Below, piece after piece: positions 20,262 through 29,800 of a stretch of 64,000 bases of DNA. The position numbers were made by a program, and so were the translations under genes. The DNA comes from a virus (Duplodnaviria; Caudoviricetes), in IMG/VR virus record IMGVR_UViG_3300049472_000073, positions 1 to 64,000 of that record. One strand, given 5' to 3'. The notes beneath the pieces are model-generated. The model worked only from the letters and a program-made list of their open reading frames with translations. It searched no databases and was not told where the DNA came from. Numbering within the stretch: the first letter of the stretch is position 1; each line of letters begins with the position of its first letter.

Positions 20262-20502
20262 GTTTGAATTTAGTTTCATCACTAATACGGAGAACTATAA
20301 GGAATTACAAGAACAAATCCGTGGTATTGCTATTGAAGGGGCTATCGAGCTATTTAAACAGAATAATATACCTACTGAAGGTAAAGAAGTAGATATTAAA
20401 GCTAATATTATCTCAAAGAAGTATCTAGATGACGGTGAATATGAATACATAGTTTCCGTAGAACTATCTAATATTACTGAAGAAGCTGAATTTACTGAAT
20501 AG
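20245..20502 (+). CDS. hypothetical protein
   Basis: 85 aa acidic ORF with GAGG SD. Confidence 0.6.
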   Translation: MLNSHEFEFSFITNTENYKELQEQIRGIAIEGAIELFKQNNIPTEGKEVDIKANIISKKYLDDGEYEYIVSVELSNITEEAEFTE

Positions 20503-20545
20503 ATACTCGAATACTTACCAGTATATTACCAAAACGGTAATTTAC

Positions 20546-20555
20546 TAACAAATAT
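20546..20555 (+). promoter_or_regulatory. TAACAAATAT candidate late-promoter motif
   Basis: Exact copy 8 nt upstream of ATG 20564. Confidence 0.6.
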
Positions 20556-20563
20556 ATGTAGCT

Positions 20564-21061
20564 ATGGCTACTGTATCAATTATCTTCTCTACTCAAAAAG
20601 CCAAGCTATCCCTTAGCACCCTCATACGCCTAGTAGAGCGTACTCCTTATTCCCATGTCTGTATTAAAGTACATTCTGATAAGCTAGACCGATCCCTGAT
20701 ATACCAGGCTAATGGCCACGGTGTATGGTTTATAGGTGAACCAGCATTCCTGGCTACTAATAATATCATAGACGAGTTTACTTTTGAAGTAACCGAAGAA
20801 CAAAAACTAAGTTTACTACGTTTTGCCATAGACAACTCTGGCAAGTCGTATGGCTTTTTACATCTATTAGGTATAGGATTTCAGTACTTAACTAAGCTAT
20901 TAGGTAAAAGATGCCCTAATCCCTTTAAAGATGGTTCGCAGAGCTATATATGCGTAGAATTAGTAGCAGAAGCCCTAGATATTGGTAGTCCTTGTAAACG
21001 AGAAGAGATGGGGCTAAAAGACCTACATGATTTATTACAGGAGAAACAACATGCCAATTAA
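20564..21061 (+). CDS. permuted papain-like (YiiX/YaeF-type NlpC/P60) enzyme
   Basis: PYSHV (His) early, GKSYG, YICVELVAEAL (Cys) late: circularly permuted order. Confidence 0.75.
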   Translation: MATVSIIFSTQKAKLSLSTLIRLVERTPYSHVCIKVHSDKLDRSLIYQANGHGVWFIGEPAFLATNNIIDEFTFEVTEEQKLSLLRFAIDNSGKSYGFLHLLGIGFQYLTKLLGKRCPNPFKDGSQSYICVELVAEALDIGSPCKREEMGLKDLHDLLQEKQHAN

Positions 21062-21206
21062 ATCAAAAGCCCAACAAAGACTGATGTACGCCAGCCTTAA
21101 ATCAGATACTGGAGTGCCTAAGAAGGTAGCTAAAGAAATGATCAAAGCTACCCCTACTGCTAGCTTCGCTAAATTAAAAGAATACGTTAAAAAGAAGAAG
21201 AAATAG
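21051..21206 (+). CDS. small basic protein (51 aa, not in ORF track)
   Basis: MPIKSKAQQRLMYA...KKKKK; AGGAG SD. Confidence 0.65.
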   Translation: MPIKSKAQQRLMYASLKSDTGVPKKVAKEMIKATPTASFAKLKEYVKKKKK

Positions 21207-21209
21207 TAT

Positions 21210-21500
21210 ATGAACTGGGAAAAGATAAAAACTTGGCTACTTAAAATGAACTCTGATGGCTTCCCTATGCCTATGTTAAAGGACCCTAAGACTGGTAAAG
21301 GTAGTGTAACCCTTACTATGATGTGGATCTCTTTTAACGTATCTATACTAGCTTTAGCTGGTAAAGTGACTAATTTACTAGGTGGAGTAGACTATTCCGA
21401 TACCTTATGGTTACTGGGACTTACCTCTAGCTTGTACCTAGGCAGAAAGATTCAGAAAAACGGTAAGGATTTTACCATAGATCAAGAAGATAAGCAATAA
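21210..21500 (+). CDS. holin-like two-TM membrane protein
   Basis: Two hydrophobic helices and charged C-terminal tail. Confidence 0.5.
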   Translation: MNWEKIKTWLLKMNSDGFPMPMLKDPKTGKGSVTLTMMWISFNVSILALAGKVTNLLGGVDYSDTLWLLGLTSSLYLGRKIQKNGKDFTIDQEDKQ

Positions 21501-21507
21501 CAAATAT
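21498..21507 (+). promoter_or_regulatory. TAACAAATAT candidate late-promoter motif
   Basis: Exact copy overlapping stop of 21210 gene, upstream of 21566. Confidence 0.6.
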
Positions 21508-21565
21508 TATCAGCAATAAATAACCTAGGGAATTAGCCCTATTTTAGTTTATAGAGGGATAATAA

Positions 21566-21823
21566 ATGGCTGAACACGATTTAGATTTTCAACAAGTTTT
21601 ACAGAAAGCCTTTGATCCTGCTAGTGAGGGGCTAAAAGTAGCTCCTGCGGCTGGATTACTAAACTTTGATTATGATTATGTAGCTATGGCACTGTCTTCT
21701 GGAGACACTGTAGAGACCTTTACCTTTAAATCAGGTGGAGCATCAGGAACAGTAACAGGAACCATAGTAATTACTTATACAGACAACACCAGAAACGTAA
21801 TGGTTTCTGCTGAAAGGACATAA
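21566..21823 (+). CDS. putative virion accessory protein
   Basis: N-terminal DLDFQQVLQKAFD motif shared with 4796 and 24591. Confidence 0.6.
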   Translation: MAEHDLDFQQVLQKAFDPASEGLKVAPAAGLLNFDYDYVAMALSSGDTVETFTFKSGGASGTVTGTIVITYTDNTRNVMVSAERT

Positions 21824-21828
21824 TTTTT

Positions 21829-22269
21829 GTGGGCTGGAAATTTAACCCATTTACCAACCAGTTCGATGCTGTAAATGCTCCTAGTGGACCTGGTTCGTCT
21901 TCAAACTGGCAAGCTCCTGTAGCCAATAGAGGTTCTTTACCTCTAGTTGGTAACGCAGTAGGTGATGTCAGAGTAGCATTAGACACCGCTACGGCTTATA
22001 TATGGACAGGTTCTGTATGGCAAGCTATTTCTGGTGATATAATCACTGAGAAGAAAACATTAACTGGAACAGACATAACTAATAAGTATGTAACATTAAC
22101 CCAAAACCCTCTAACTCCTGCAATGGCTAGACTAATAGTTATTGAAGGAGTGGAGCAAAACTATGGAACAGATTTTACTGTTTCAGGAAATCAACTGTCT
22201 TGGTCTACTTTAGGACTTGACGGTGTTCTTGAAATAGGAGATAATCTTGTAATCATTTACGATATTTAA
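21829..22269 (+). CDS. putative virion accessory protein
   Basis: GTG start; C-terminal domain paralogous to C-terminus of 22302. Confidence 0.6.
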   Translation: MGWKFNPFTNQFDAVNAPSGPGSSSNWQAPVANRGSLPLVGNAVGDVRVALDTATAYIWTGSVWQAISGDIITEKKTLTGTDITNKYVTLTQNPLTPAMARLIVIEGVEQNYGTDFTVSGNQLSWSTLGLDGVLEIGDNLVIIYDI

Positions 22270-22301
22270 AAAAAGAAAGATAAAAGGGAGAACAAAAAAC
22301 A

Positions 22302-23993
22302 ATGAGCCAAATTAAATCAAAATTTATTAAGGACCTAGCGGTAACTAACGCTAAGATCGCAACAGGTATTGACGCAGCTAAATTAGCTGATGGATCAGTA
22401 TCTAACGCAGAGTTTCAACACTTAGGTGGAGTTACATCTGACATTCAAACTCAATTAAATGCTAAACAGAATACATCTGAAAAAGGTGCCGCTAACGGTT
22501 ACGCTAGTTTGGACGGTTCTGGTAAAGTTCCTGTTTCACAACTCCCTAACGCTATCATGGAATACCAAGGTACTTGGGATGCTTCTACGAACACCCCAGC
22601 ACTTGCTGATGGTTCTGGTAGCCCAGGAGACGTATACCGAGTTACTGTTGCTGGTACACAATTTACCCCTTCTATCGCATTTGACGTAGGTGACTACGCT
22701 ATCTATAACGGTACTAAGTGGGAAAAAGCTGACATGACTGATGCTGTTGCATCTGTTAACGGCTTGACTGGTGTTGTTGTATTAGATTCAGATGATATCG
22801 CTGAAGGTTCTACTAACCTTTATTTCAGTGACGAACGCGCTCAAGATGCTGTTGGTAACAACCTCCTTGATACTGCTTCTGTAGATCTTACCTATAACGA
22901 CGGTACTGGACAAATCAGTGCTGCTGTTCTTCCTGCTGGTGTTGACCATGATCAATTACAAAACTTCGTAGCTAACGAGCACGTAGATCACTCTGCTGTT
23001 AGTATCAATACTGCTGCTAACTCAGGTTTGGCTGGTGGTGGAGACATTACTGCTTCTCGTAGTTTGTCTTTAGATCCTACTAACGCTCCTGCTGGTACTG
23101 TTGCTTCTGGTGACTTGATCCTCGCTGCTGATATTTCAAACGCTAACGCTCTTATCAAAGTTACTGCTCAATCTATTGCTAACTTAGCTGCTGCTAGCTT
23201 AGTAGGTGCTGACGGTATCACGATCTCTGGAAACGATGTTTCTGTTGACCATGACGGTGAAGGTCTTCAGTTTGTTACTAACCAACTCGCTCTTGAATTA
23301 GACGGTTCTACTCTTTCTAAGAGTGCTTCTGGTCTTAAAGTAGCTGCTGGTGGTATCACAAATACTGAAGTAAACGCTGCTGCCGCTATTGCTTATAGCA
23401 AATTAGCATTGACTGATAGCATTGTAAACGCAGACATTAACTCTGCTGCTGCAATCGCATACAGCAAATTGGCTCTTTCTAACAGCATTGTTGCTGGAGA
23501 TTTGACTGCTAACGCTGTAACTACTGCTAAAATTGCTAACGACGCTGTTGACAAAGATAAAATTGCTGCTGACGTTGCTGGAAACGGTCTTGCTCAAAAC
23601 GTAGACGGTTCTCTTGAGATTGCTTTGGCTGCTGCTGGTGGCTTAGAGATTGTTGCTGACGAATTAAAAGCTAAAGTTGACGCTGCTACCATTAAAATCA
23701 ATGGTTCTAACCAACTTGAAGCTCTTAAAGTAAACGAAGCTCAATTCACATTGGTAGCTGGTGACATCACCAACCAATACGTTGATCTTTCTCACGTTGC
23801 TCACTCTGCTGCTTCTATCCAAGTTATTCCTGACGGTGGTCTTCCACAACTTCGTGGTGTTGACTTCACTGTTAGCTTAACTGGTGGTGCTGGTGGTAAC
23901 ACTCGTATTACTTTCGCTGGTGACTTGGCTACTGGTGGAGCTGCTGAATTAGTAGCTACCGACATCTTAGTAGTTCGTTACTCGCACTTATAA
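22302..23993 (+). CDS. fibre-like structural protein
   Basis: A/G/D-rich trimeric-fibre repeats (AAAIAYSKLAL, VTTAKIA, LDGSGKVP); MCP-like codon bias. Confidence 0.7.
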   Translation: MSQIKSKFIKDLAVTNAKIATGIDAAKLADGSVSNAEFQHLGGVTSDIQTQLNAKQNTSEKGAANGYASLDGSGKVPVSQLPNAIMEYQGTWDASTNTPALADGSGSPGDVYRVTVAGTQFTPSIAFDVGDYAIYNGTKWEKADMTDAVASVNGLTGVVVLDSDDIAEGSTNLYFSDERAQDAVGNNLLDTASVDLTYNDGTGQISAAVLPAGVDHDQLQNFVANEHVDHSAVSINTAANSGLAGGGDITASRSLSLDPTNAPAGTVASGDLILAADISNANALIKVTAQSIANLAAASLVGADGITISGNDVSVDHDGEGLQFVTNQLALELDGSTLSKSASGLKVAAGGITNTEVNAAAAIAYSKLALTDSIVNADINSAAAIAYSKLALSNSIVAGDLTANAVTTAKIANDAVDKDKIAADVAGNGLAQNVDGSLEIALAAAGGLEIVADELKAKVDAATIKINGSNQLEALKVNEAQFTLVAGDITNQYVDLSHVAHSAASIQVIPDGGLPQLRGVDFTVSLTGGAGGNTRITFAGDLATGGAAELVATDILVVRYSHL

Positions 23994-24008
23994 AGAACTA
24001 AGGTCTGG

Positions 24009-24025
24009 GGGGAGTTAATCTCCCC
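24009..24025 (+). terminator. hairpin, possible weak terminator
   Basis: GGGGAG/CTCCCC stem; poor U-tract. Confidence 0.35.
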
Positions 24026-24074
24026 TCACACTTTACCCTACCGAATATAATTCGATGATAAAAAGAGGTATAGA

Positions 24075-24578
24075 GTGTCAAGAATAAAACAAAAATTTAT
24101 AAAATGGGGAACTGGTACGGACGATGTTAACGCACGTAACATGCCATCCAATTTTACTGCTTCAAACTACACACCTGCTCAAGTAGGTAGTGAAGGTAGT
24201 GACAAAGTATCAAGTCACTTAAAAGGTATTGATACAGCCCTAGGTTCTATTACAGGAACTAACGGAGATATTGCACATACAAGCTTTACTGCTGCTGATA
24301 ACCAAGCTAGCCCAGCTAATATAACTGGATTTGCTTTTGCTAACGGTACTGTAAGGTCGTTTAAAGCCCTAGTATCTATTATTAGAGGCTCTACCTATGA
24401 AGTACGTGAAGTAATGGGTATACAGAAAGCTGCTAGCTGGACGTTTGCTGAGACTAAGAACGGAGATAACACTGGTGTTGAATTTTCAATGACAACTGGT
24501 GGTCAAATGCAGTATACTAGTACGAATACTGGTAATACAGCTACAATTAAGTTTAGGGCTATAGTGACCCAGGTATAA
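24075..24578 (+). CDS. putative virion accessory protein
   Basis: GTG start; N-terminus like 22302, C-terminus like 14460. Confidence 0.6.
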   Translation: MSRIKQKFIKWGTGTDDVNARNMPSNFTASNYTPAQVGSEGSDKVSSHLKGIDTALGSITGTNGDIAHTSFTAADNQASPANITGFAFANGTVRSFKALVSIIRGSTYEVREVMGIQKAASWTFAETKNGDNTGVEFSMTTGGQMQYTSTNTGNTATIKFRAIVTQV

Positions 24579-24590
24579 TAGGAGCATAAA

Positions 24591-24971
24591 ATGAGTAACT
24601 TTAACGATCTAGACATGAACCAAATCATTAAAAAGATGATTGACCCTGAGACATTAACTCTCAAGGTACTTCCTCAAATGCAAGGAGACATTCAGATCGA
24701 ATTAAGTGCTCAAGATGGAGACTCTGTATCTGTTCGTCCTATCTGTGGAGCAGTAGTAGTACTGGAGCCTAATGAAGTAATGGACGTAGCACACGCTAGA
24801 AGCCTATTTATAAGCTCTGTAAGCCCAATGGCTCGTATTTTAGCTAGTATAGATCAAGAAACATGGCATGAAATAGCTGCCAATGTAGCTCATTTAAACG
24901 TAGATAACGCGGCCTTTATGTTTTTAAAGGTAGAAGCTAGTAATTCAGTAAAGGTTTTGGCTAAGGGGTAA
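24591..24971 (+). CDS. putative virion accessory protein
   Basis: N-terminal DLDMNQIIKKMID motif. Confidence 0.6.
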   Translation: MSNFNDLDMNQIIKKMIDPETLTLKVLPQMQGDIQIELSAQDGDSVSVRPICGAVVVLEPNEVMDVAHARSLFISSVSPMARILASIDQETWHEIAANVAHLNVDNAAFMFLKVEASNSVKVLAKG

Positions 24972-24974
24972 TAT

Positions 24975-25139
24975 ATGGACGGTAATTACAAGACAGTATA
25001 TCCTGAAAAGAAGAAATGGCCTACTGAAGAACAGCAAAAACGTGCTGAACAGTTTGAAAAGGGTTTTAATAAGAAGCCAGAAATGCCTGGTATGTTTGAG
25101 AAGCTAAAAGAGTTGTTCCGAAAGAAAGAACAAAAGTAA
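24975..25139 (+). CDS. hypothetical protein (54 aa, not in ORF track)
   Basis: MDGNYKTVYPEKKKW...; stop overlaps ATG 25139. Confidence 0.55.
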   Translation: MDGNYKTVYPEKKKWPTEEQQKRAEQFEKGFNKKPEMPGMFEKLKELFRKKEQK

Positions 25140-25513
25140 TGGCTAAACTTTCCCTAAACAAGAGCAATAAGTCCTTAGTACAGCCTAAAGCTGTTTTAGA
25201 GCCTATTGTTATTGAAAAAGAAGTCATTAAAGAGGTAATTAAGGAAGTCAGAGTAGAAATACCTGTAATCCAGACTGTTACCGTTGAGAAGATAGTAGAA
25301 AAGATCGTCAATGTTCCTGTAGAAGTTAAAGTACAGGAAGTAGTTGAAGTTATTAAGGAAGTTCCAGTAGAAGTCATTAAAGTGGTTAAAGAACCTGTAT
25401 ATGTTACTTCTGTCGAGTATATAGATAAGATCAAAGTTCACTACAAAATCCCTGCTTGGGCTAAATTGCTCATTATAGTAGAGGGATTAATGTTATTAAT
25501 AACAAATATTTAA
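25139..25513 (+). CDS. V/E/K/P-repeat protein with C-terminal TM helix
   Basis: EVIKEV/VPVEV repeats and hydrophobic C-terminus. Confidence 0.65.
   Translation: MAKLSLNKSNKSLVQPKAVLEPIVIEKEVIKEVIKEVRVEIPVIQTVTVEKIVEKIVNVPVEVKVQEVVEVIKEVPVEVIKVVKEPVYVTSVEYIDKIKVHYKIPAWAKLLIIVEGLMLLITNI
25500..25509 (+). promoter_or_regulatory. TAACAAATAT candidate late-promoter motif
   Basis: Exact copy in last codons of 25139 gene, upstream of 25528. Confidence 0.55.
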
Positions 25514-25527
25514 GGGAGAATAGTATT

Positions 25528-25881
25528 ATGATGAAGAAATTAATGGAAGAAATGGCTAATAAAGACGGGAAAATGAGTCCTGAAGATAAAGAAGCCAAAG
25601 TTGCCGTTTTGAAAGCACTTAAAAAAGTAGCTGGAGAATTAATGGCTGATATTATGAATGAGAAAATGGCTCCTGAGTCCATGAAGCAAGTTACTGTAGC
25701 TGCTGCTGATGAAGAAGGTCTTAAAGAAGGTCTTGAGAAAGCAGAAGAAGTAGTCGAGAAGCTCCCTGGAATGGAAGAGTCCGAAGAATCTGAAGACGAA
25801 GAAATGATGGCTGAAAATGATGGCGAAGAGTCTGATGAAGATAAACTCCGTAACCTTTTAGCTAAGAAACAAAACGCATAG
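25528..25881 (+). CDS. acidic hypothetical protein
   Basis: 117 aa E/M/K-rich; GGGAG SD. Confidence 0.65.
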   Translation: MMKKLMEEMANKDGKMSPEDKEAKVAVLKALKKVAGELMADIMNEKMAPESMKQVTVAAADEEGLKEGLEKAEEVVEKLPGMEESEESEDEEMMAENDGEESDEDKLRNLLAKKQNA

Positions 25882-25917
25882 TACCTTAGATAAGTACTCA
25901 AACAAGGAGGAAATTCT

Positions 25918-26880
25918 ATGGCAGTACCAGGATATTACACAGCATCTGACTTAATAGAGAGCGCAAAAGTGCGTTGTCTAGTTCCTGTTGATGAAGTTAC
26001 ATTTAAAGAAGAAGATTTGCTACGTTTTGCTAACGAAGAGATTCAAAACACAATTCTCCCTTATGTTTTGAGACTCAAAGAAGAGTTTTACGTCGTTAGA
26101 GAATACTTACAGACTTCTACCAATAAAGTAGCTTATTCTATTCCTTACCGAGCTATTGGAAATAAAGTCCGACAGTTGTACTTTACTAATGTACCTAACA
26201 GAACTGGTACTATGAATGCGTTAAATCGTATTCAGCCAGAAGATATCAATTTCTCCTATGCTGGTACTGATGTTAATCAGTTCTACGTAGAAAATAGTGA
26301 GATTACCTTTCCTGTAGCTAGTATGCCAGCAGGGTATGTTGAGATGTCCTACTACTTGCGGCCTAATAAACTAGTAAAAGCTAGTAGAGTAGGTATCATT
26401 GCAGATATTGATCGTACTAATGGTATCATTACCGTCTCTAATAACATTTTCCCTAGTAACCTTGTATCAGGAACACAAGTAGACTTCCTACAGTCTAAGC
26501 CTATATACAAAAACTACGCATGGGATATTGATATTGTAGCTGTAAATACGACTACTAAGCAAATTACTGTGGCTGCTGCTTCTATTCCAGAAGGTTTAGT
26601 AGTAGGGGATTTAATTGCTACTGCTGGAGAGACTATTGTCCCTCAGATCCCAACAGAACTTATGTCATTTTTATCTCAGTGCATTGCATTACGCATTCTT
26701 GAAGCTCAAGGAGATATTGATAATTATAAAGCAGCATCAGAGAAGCTAAAACAGATGTCTGATTCTCTTATTCACTTACTTGACTCACGTACTGAAGGTA
26801 ATCCTCAGAAGTTTAACAATAACAATAAAGGTATTCTAAGACAGAACATCTCAGGTTCTCGTAGAAGAAAACGCTGGTAA
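25918..26880 (+). CDS. head-tail adaptor (tail tubular A / P22 gp4-like)
   Basis: N-terminal helices (DLIESAK...LLRFANEEIQ) and position before nozzle and ejection genes. Confidence 0.6.
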   Translation: MAVPGYYTASDLIESAKVRCLVPVDEVTFKEEDLLRFANEEIQNTILPYVLRLKEEFYVVREYLQTSTNKVAYSIPYRAIGNKVRQLYFTNVPNRTGTMNALNRIQPEDINFSYAGTDVNQFYVENSEITFPVASMPAGYVEMSYYLRPNKLVKASRVGIIADIDRTNGIITVSNNIFPSNLVSGTQVDFLQSKPIYKNYAWDIDIVAVNTTTKQITVAAASIPEGLVVGDLIATAGETIVPQIPTELMSFLSQCIALRILEAQGDIDNYKAASEKLKQMSDSLIHLLDSRTEGNPQKFNNNNKGILRQNISGSRRRKRW

Positions 26881-26885
26881 ATAAA

Positions 26886-29800
26886 ATGGCTGATGTAGTT
26901 GTTCTAAAATGTTCAGGGTTAAATACTGATCCTAACAATCTTGGCAGCGTTCCTAACGGTGCTTTGGTACAAGCAGATAACATTTACATCTCTAGATCAG
27001 ACATTGCAGAGCCACGTAGAGGATTTAAAGTCTACGGTGACTCTTTTGGTATAGCAAGTGATAGAGCTAAACAGCTATTACAATACAAAGAACAGGTTTT
27101 ACGTCATTATGGCTCAGTATTACAAAGGGATAACGGCTCAGGCACGTTTACTTCCTACGCTGAATCAGTTAATGAGGTAATCGCCGGAACTAAAATAAAG
27201 TATACCGAACAAAACGGTAACTTATACTTCACTTCTGCTGAAGGTATACGTAAACTAGACGCTCTTACTAGCCCAATCACATTGGCTGGTGGAGTAAAAG
27301 CCTTAGATGTTGAAGCTCAACTAGTAGATGCTGAAGGTTTCTTTAATCAAGACTCTCAAGTAGCCTATAGAGTTCTATGGGGCTATAAAGATCTTAATAA
27401 TAATATCATTTACGGAACTCCTTCTCAACGAGCTATCGTAATTAACTCTATTTTGAGCTTACTTACTAGCGATATGACCAAGCTTACCGAGAGATTAGAC
27501 CTAGACCCAGGTGTAACTGACACCAATTATAACTCTTTATACGCTTTTAATGGTACAGAGACCGAAACTCAAGCTTATGACAAGCTAAAGAACTTAGCAG
27601 CTAAGCTAAATAAAGATGCTACAGTAGTTAGTACTGATTTTGCTGCTTCTGGTAAACAAAATGAGACCACTATCGTATGTGGAGACGCTGCTTCACTCAC
27701 CACTGGAGATTATTTCTTAGTTAATTCTGCAAATGATGAAACAAAATACTACGTTTGGTATAATAAAGACGGTGGTGGTGGAGATCCAGCCCTATTAGGA
27801 TACACAGGTATCGCTGTAGTTATTTCCACAGGTAATACAAACGTACAAGTAGCTACAGCTACAGCAGCAGCTTTAAATGCTGCGGCTAGTTTCAATTCTG
27901 AATCGTCCTCATTTACTGTAATTGTTCGTAACGTATTAGAAGGTGCTTGCATGGAAACTGCTGATAGCACTTCTAACCAAACGGAATTTGATTTCACAAC
28001 AACCCAGTCAGGCAGCACTTTAGAAGCTCCTGATTTTACACAAGTACAACAAGCTTTTGATAGCATTGTTGATAAACTAAACGTAGACGGTGAGACCGAA
28101 GAAACCACCGTCAATTTCGTAGCAGGTAATCTTTATGCTTCAGCAGGAATGGCTGACTATTTCGATATTTTTTCTCCTGACAGTACTCAAATTCCTCCAT
28201 CTGGTCACGACCTTTACAGGGTCTGGTTCAATGTAGGAACTGTAACAGCTCCTACTGGTGGTCCTGGCATCACTCTGGTAGAAGTACTACTCAGTGGTAC
28301 TGAAACTGATGTTCAAGTAGCTGAAAAAGTAGCTACAGCTTTAGCGGCCTATGATTTTATCGTAGGTATTGTAGCTAACCCAATGATCATTCAGGCACCT
28401 AAAACAGGTACGGTAACTGACGCTGCTGAAACCGTAGCTGATGCTGGATTTACAGTAACCGCTTCTACAAGTGGTACTGGATCGTCTTATCTATATCAAA
28501 ACAGTACTCAGTCACAACAAGTACAGTTAACCTTTACTATACCTTCTGAGGTAATAAATGCTGCTGTACCTACTGATTACTTCTATCAACTATACCGATC
28601 TAGCTTATCTATCTCTGGAGATGTTTCTCCTGATGATAATCTTCAATTAGTATACGAATCTAACCCTACTCCTGCTGAAGTAACAGCTAAACTTGTTACA
28701 GTAATAGATATTACTCCTGATTCATTCAGAGGGGCTAACCTTTATACTAATCCTAACCAAGAAGGTATTGTTCAGTCAAATGAAAAACCACCTTTGGCTA
28801 AGGATATTGCTGCATATAAGAACTCTTTGTTCTACGCTAATACTAGTTCTGTACAACGTAAAGAACTTAGTATGCTTGCTATTACGGATTTAGTTCCTGT
28901 GAATGGTCAGATAGAAGAGTTTTCAGCATCACTACCTAACGTAGTAAACATCTCTTCTGTGGGCCATGAACTATCTACTGGTAACTCAGTTACTATTTCT
29001 GGTTCTAGCGAGCCACTACTAAACGGTACATTTACCGTTACTGTAATAGACGATGATACCTTCTCTATTCCTTTAACAGGAGTACTACTACCAGGTGATA
29101 CTGGTATCTGGACTAGAAATAGTGCTGGATTTTCTAAGCTTACGTTTAAATCTGGACTAAATCAATTTGATATTAAGTTTGGTAACTACGAAGATATTAC
29201 TACTGGAGTAGTTAAGTTATCTATATTAGATACCCCTGCTCAACAAGTAGATGAGACTGCTAAAAACATGTGTAAGGTAATGAACCGTTACACTGGTAAT
29301 ACATTCTTAAACGCATTTTATATTTCTGGAGTAGATGATCTACCAGGTAAAATGCTATTTGAAGCTCGTACTCTTAGTACTGCTCAATTTGGAATAGGTG
29401 CTGAGAGCACAGGATTAAATACTACTGGAAATCAATTCAGTCCCACTATTCCTTTGTTCCCAGCTACTACTGATTCTGATAATCAACAAAATCCTAATAG
29501 GGTTTATTATTCTAAGTTCCAACAACCTGAAGCTGTACCTGCTCTTAACTACCTTGAGGTAGGAGGAAAAGATTCTCCTATTAAACGTATGGTGGCTCTA
29601 AGAGACAGTCTGTTTGTATTTAAAACTGACGGTATTTACCGCATTAGTGGTAACGACATCACAAGCCTTAACCTTCAGCTATTTGATAACTCTCTACATA
29701 TATTGGCCCCTGAGACTGCGGCTGTAGGATCTAACCAGATCTACGTAGTAACGGATCAAGGTATTGTAGCTGTATCTGATGTAGGTATTAGACCTATTGA

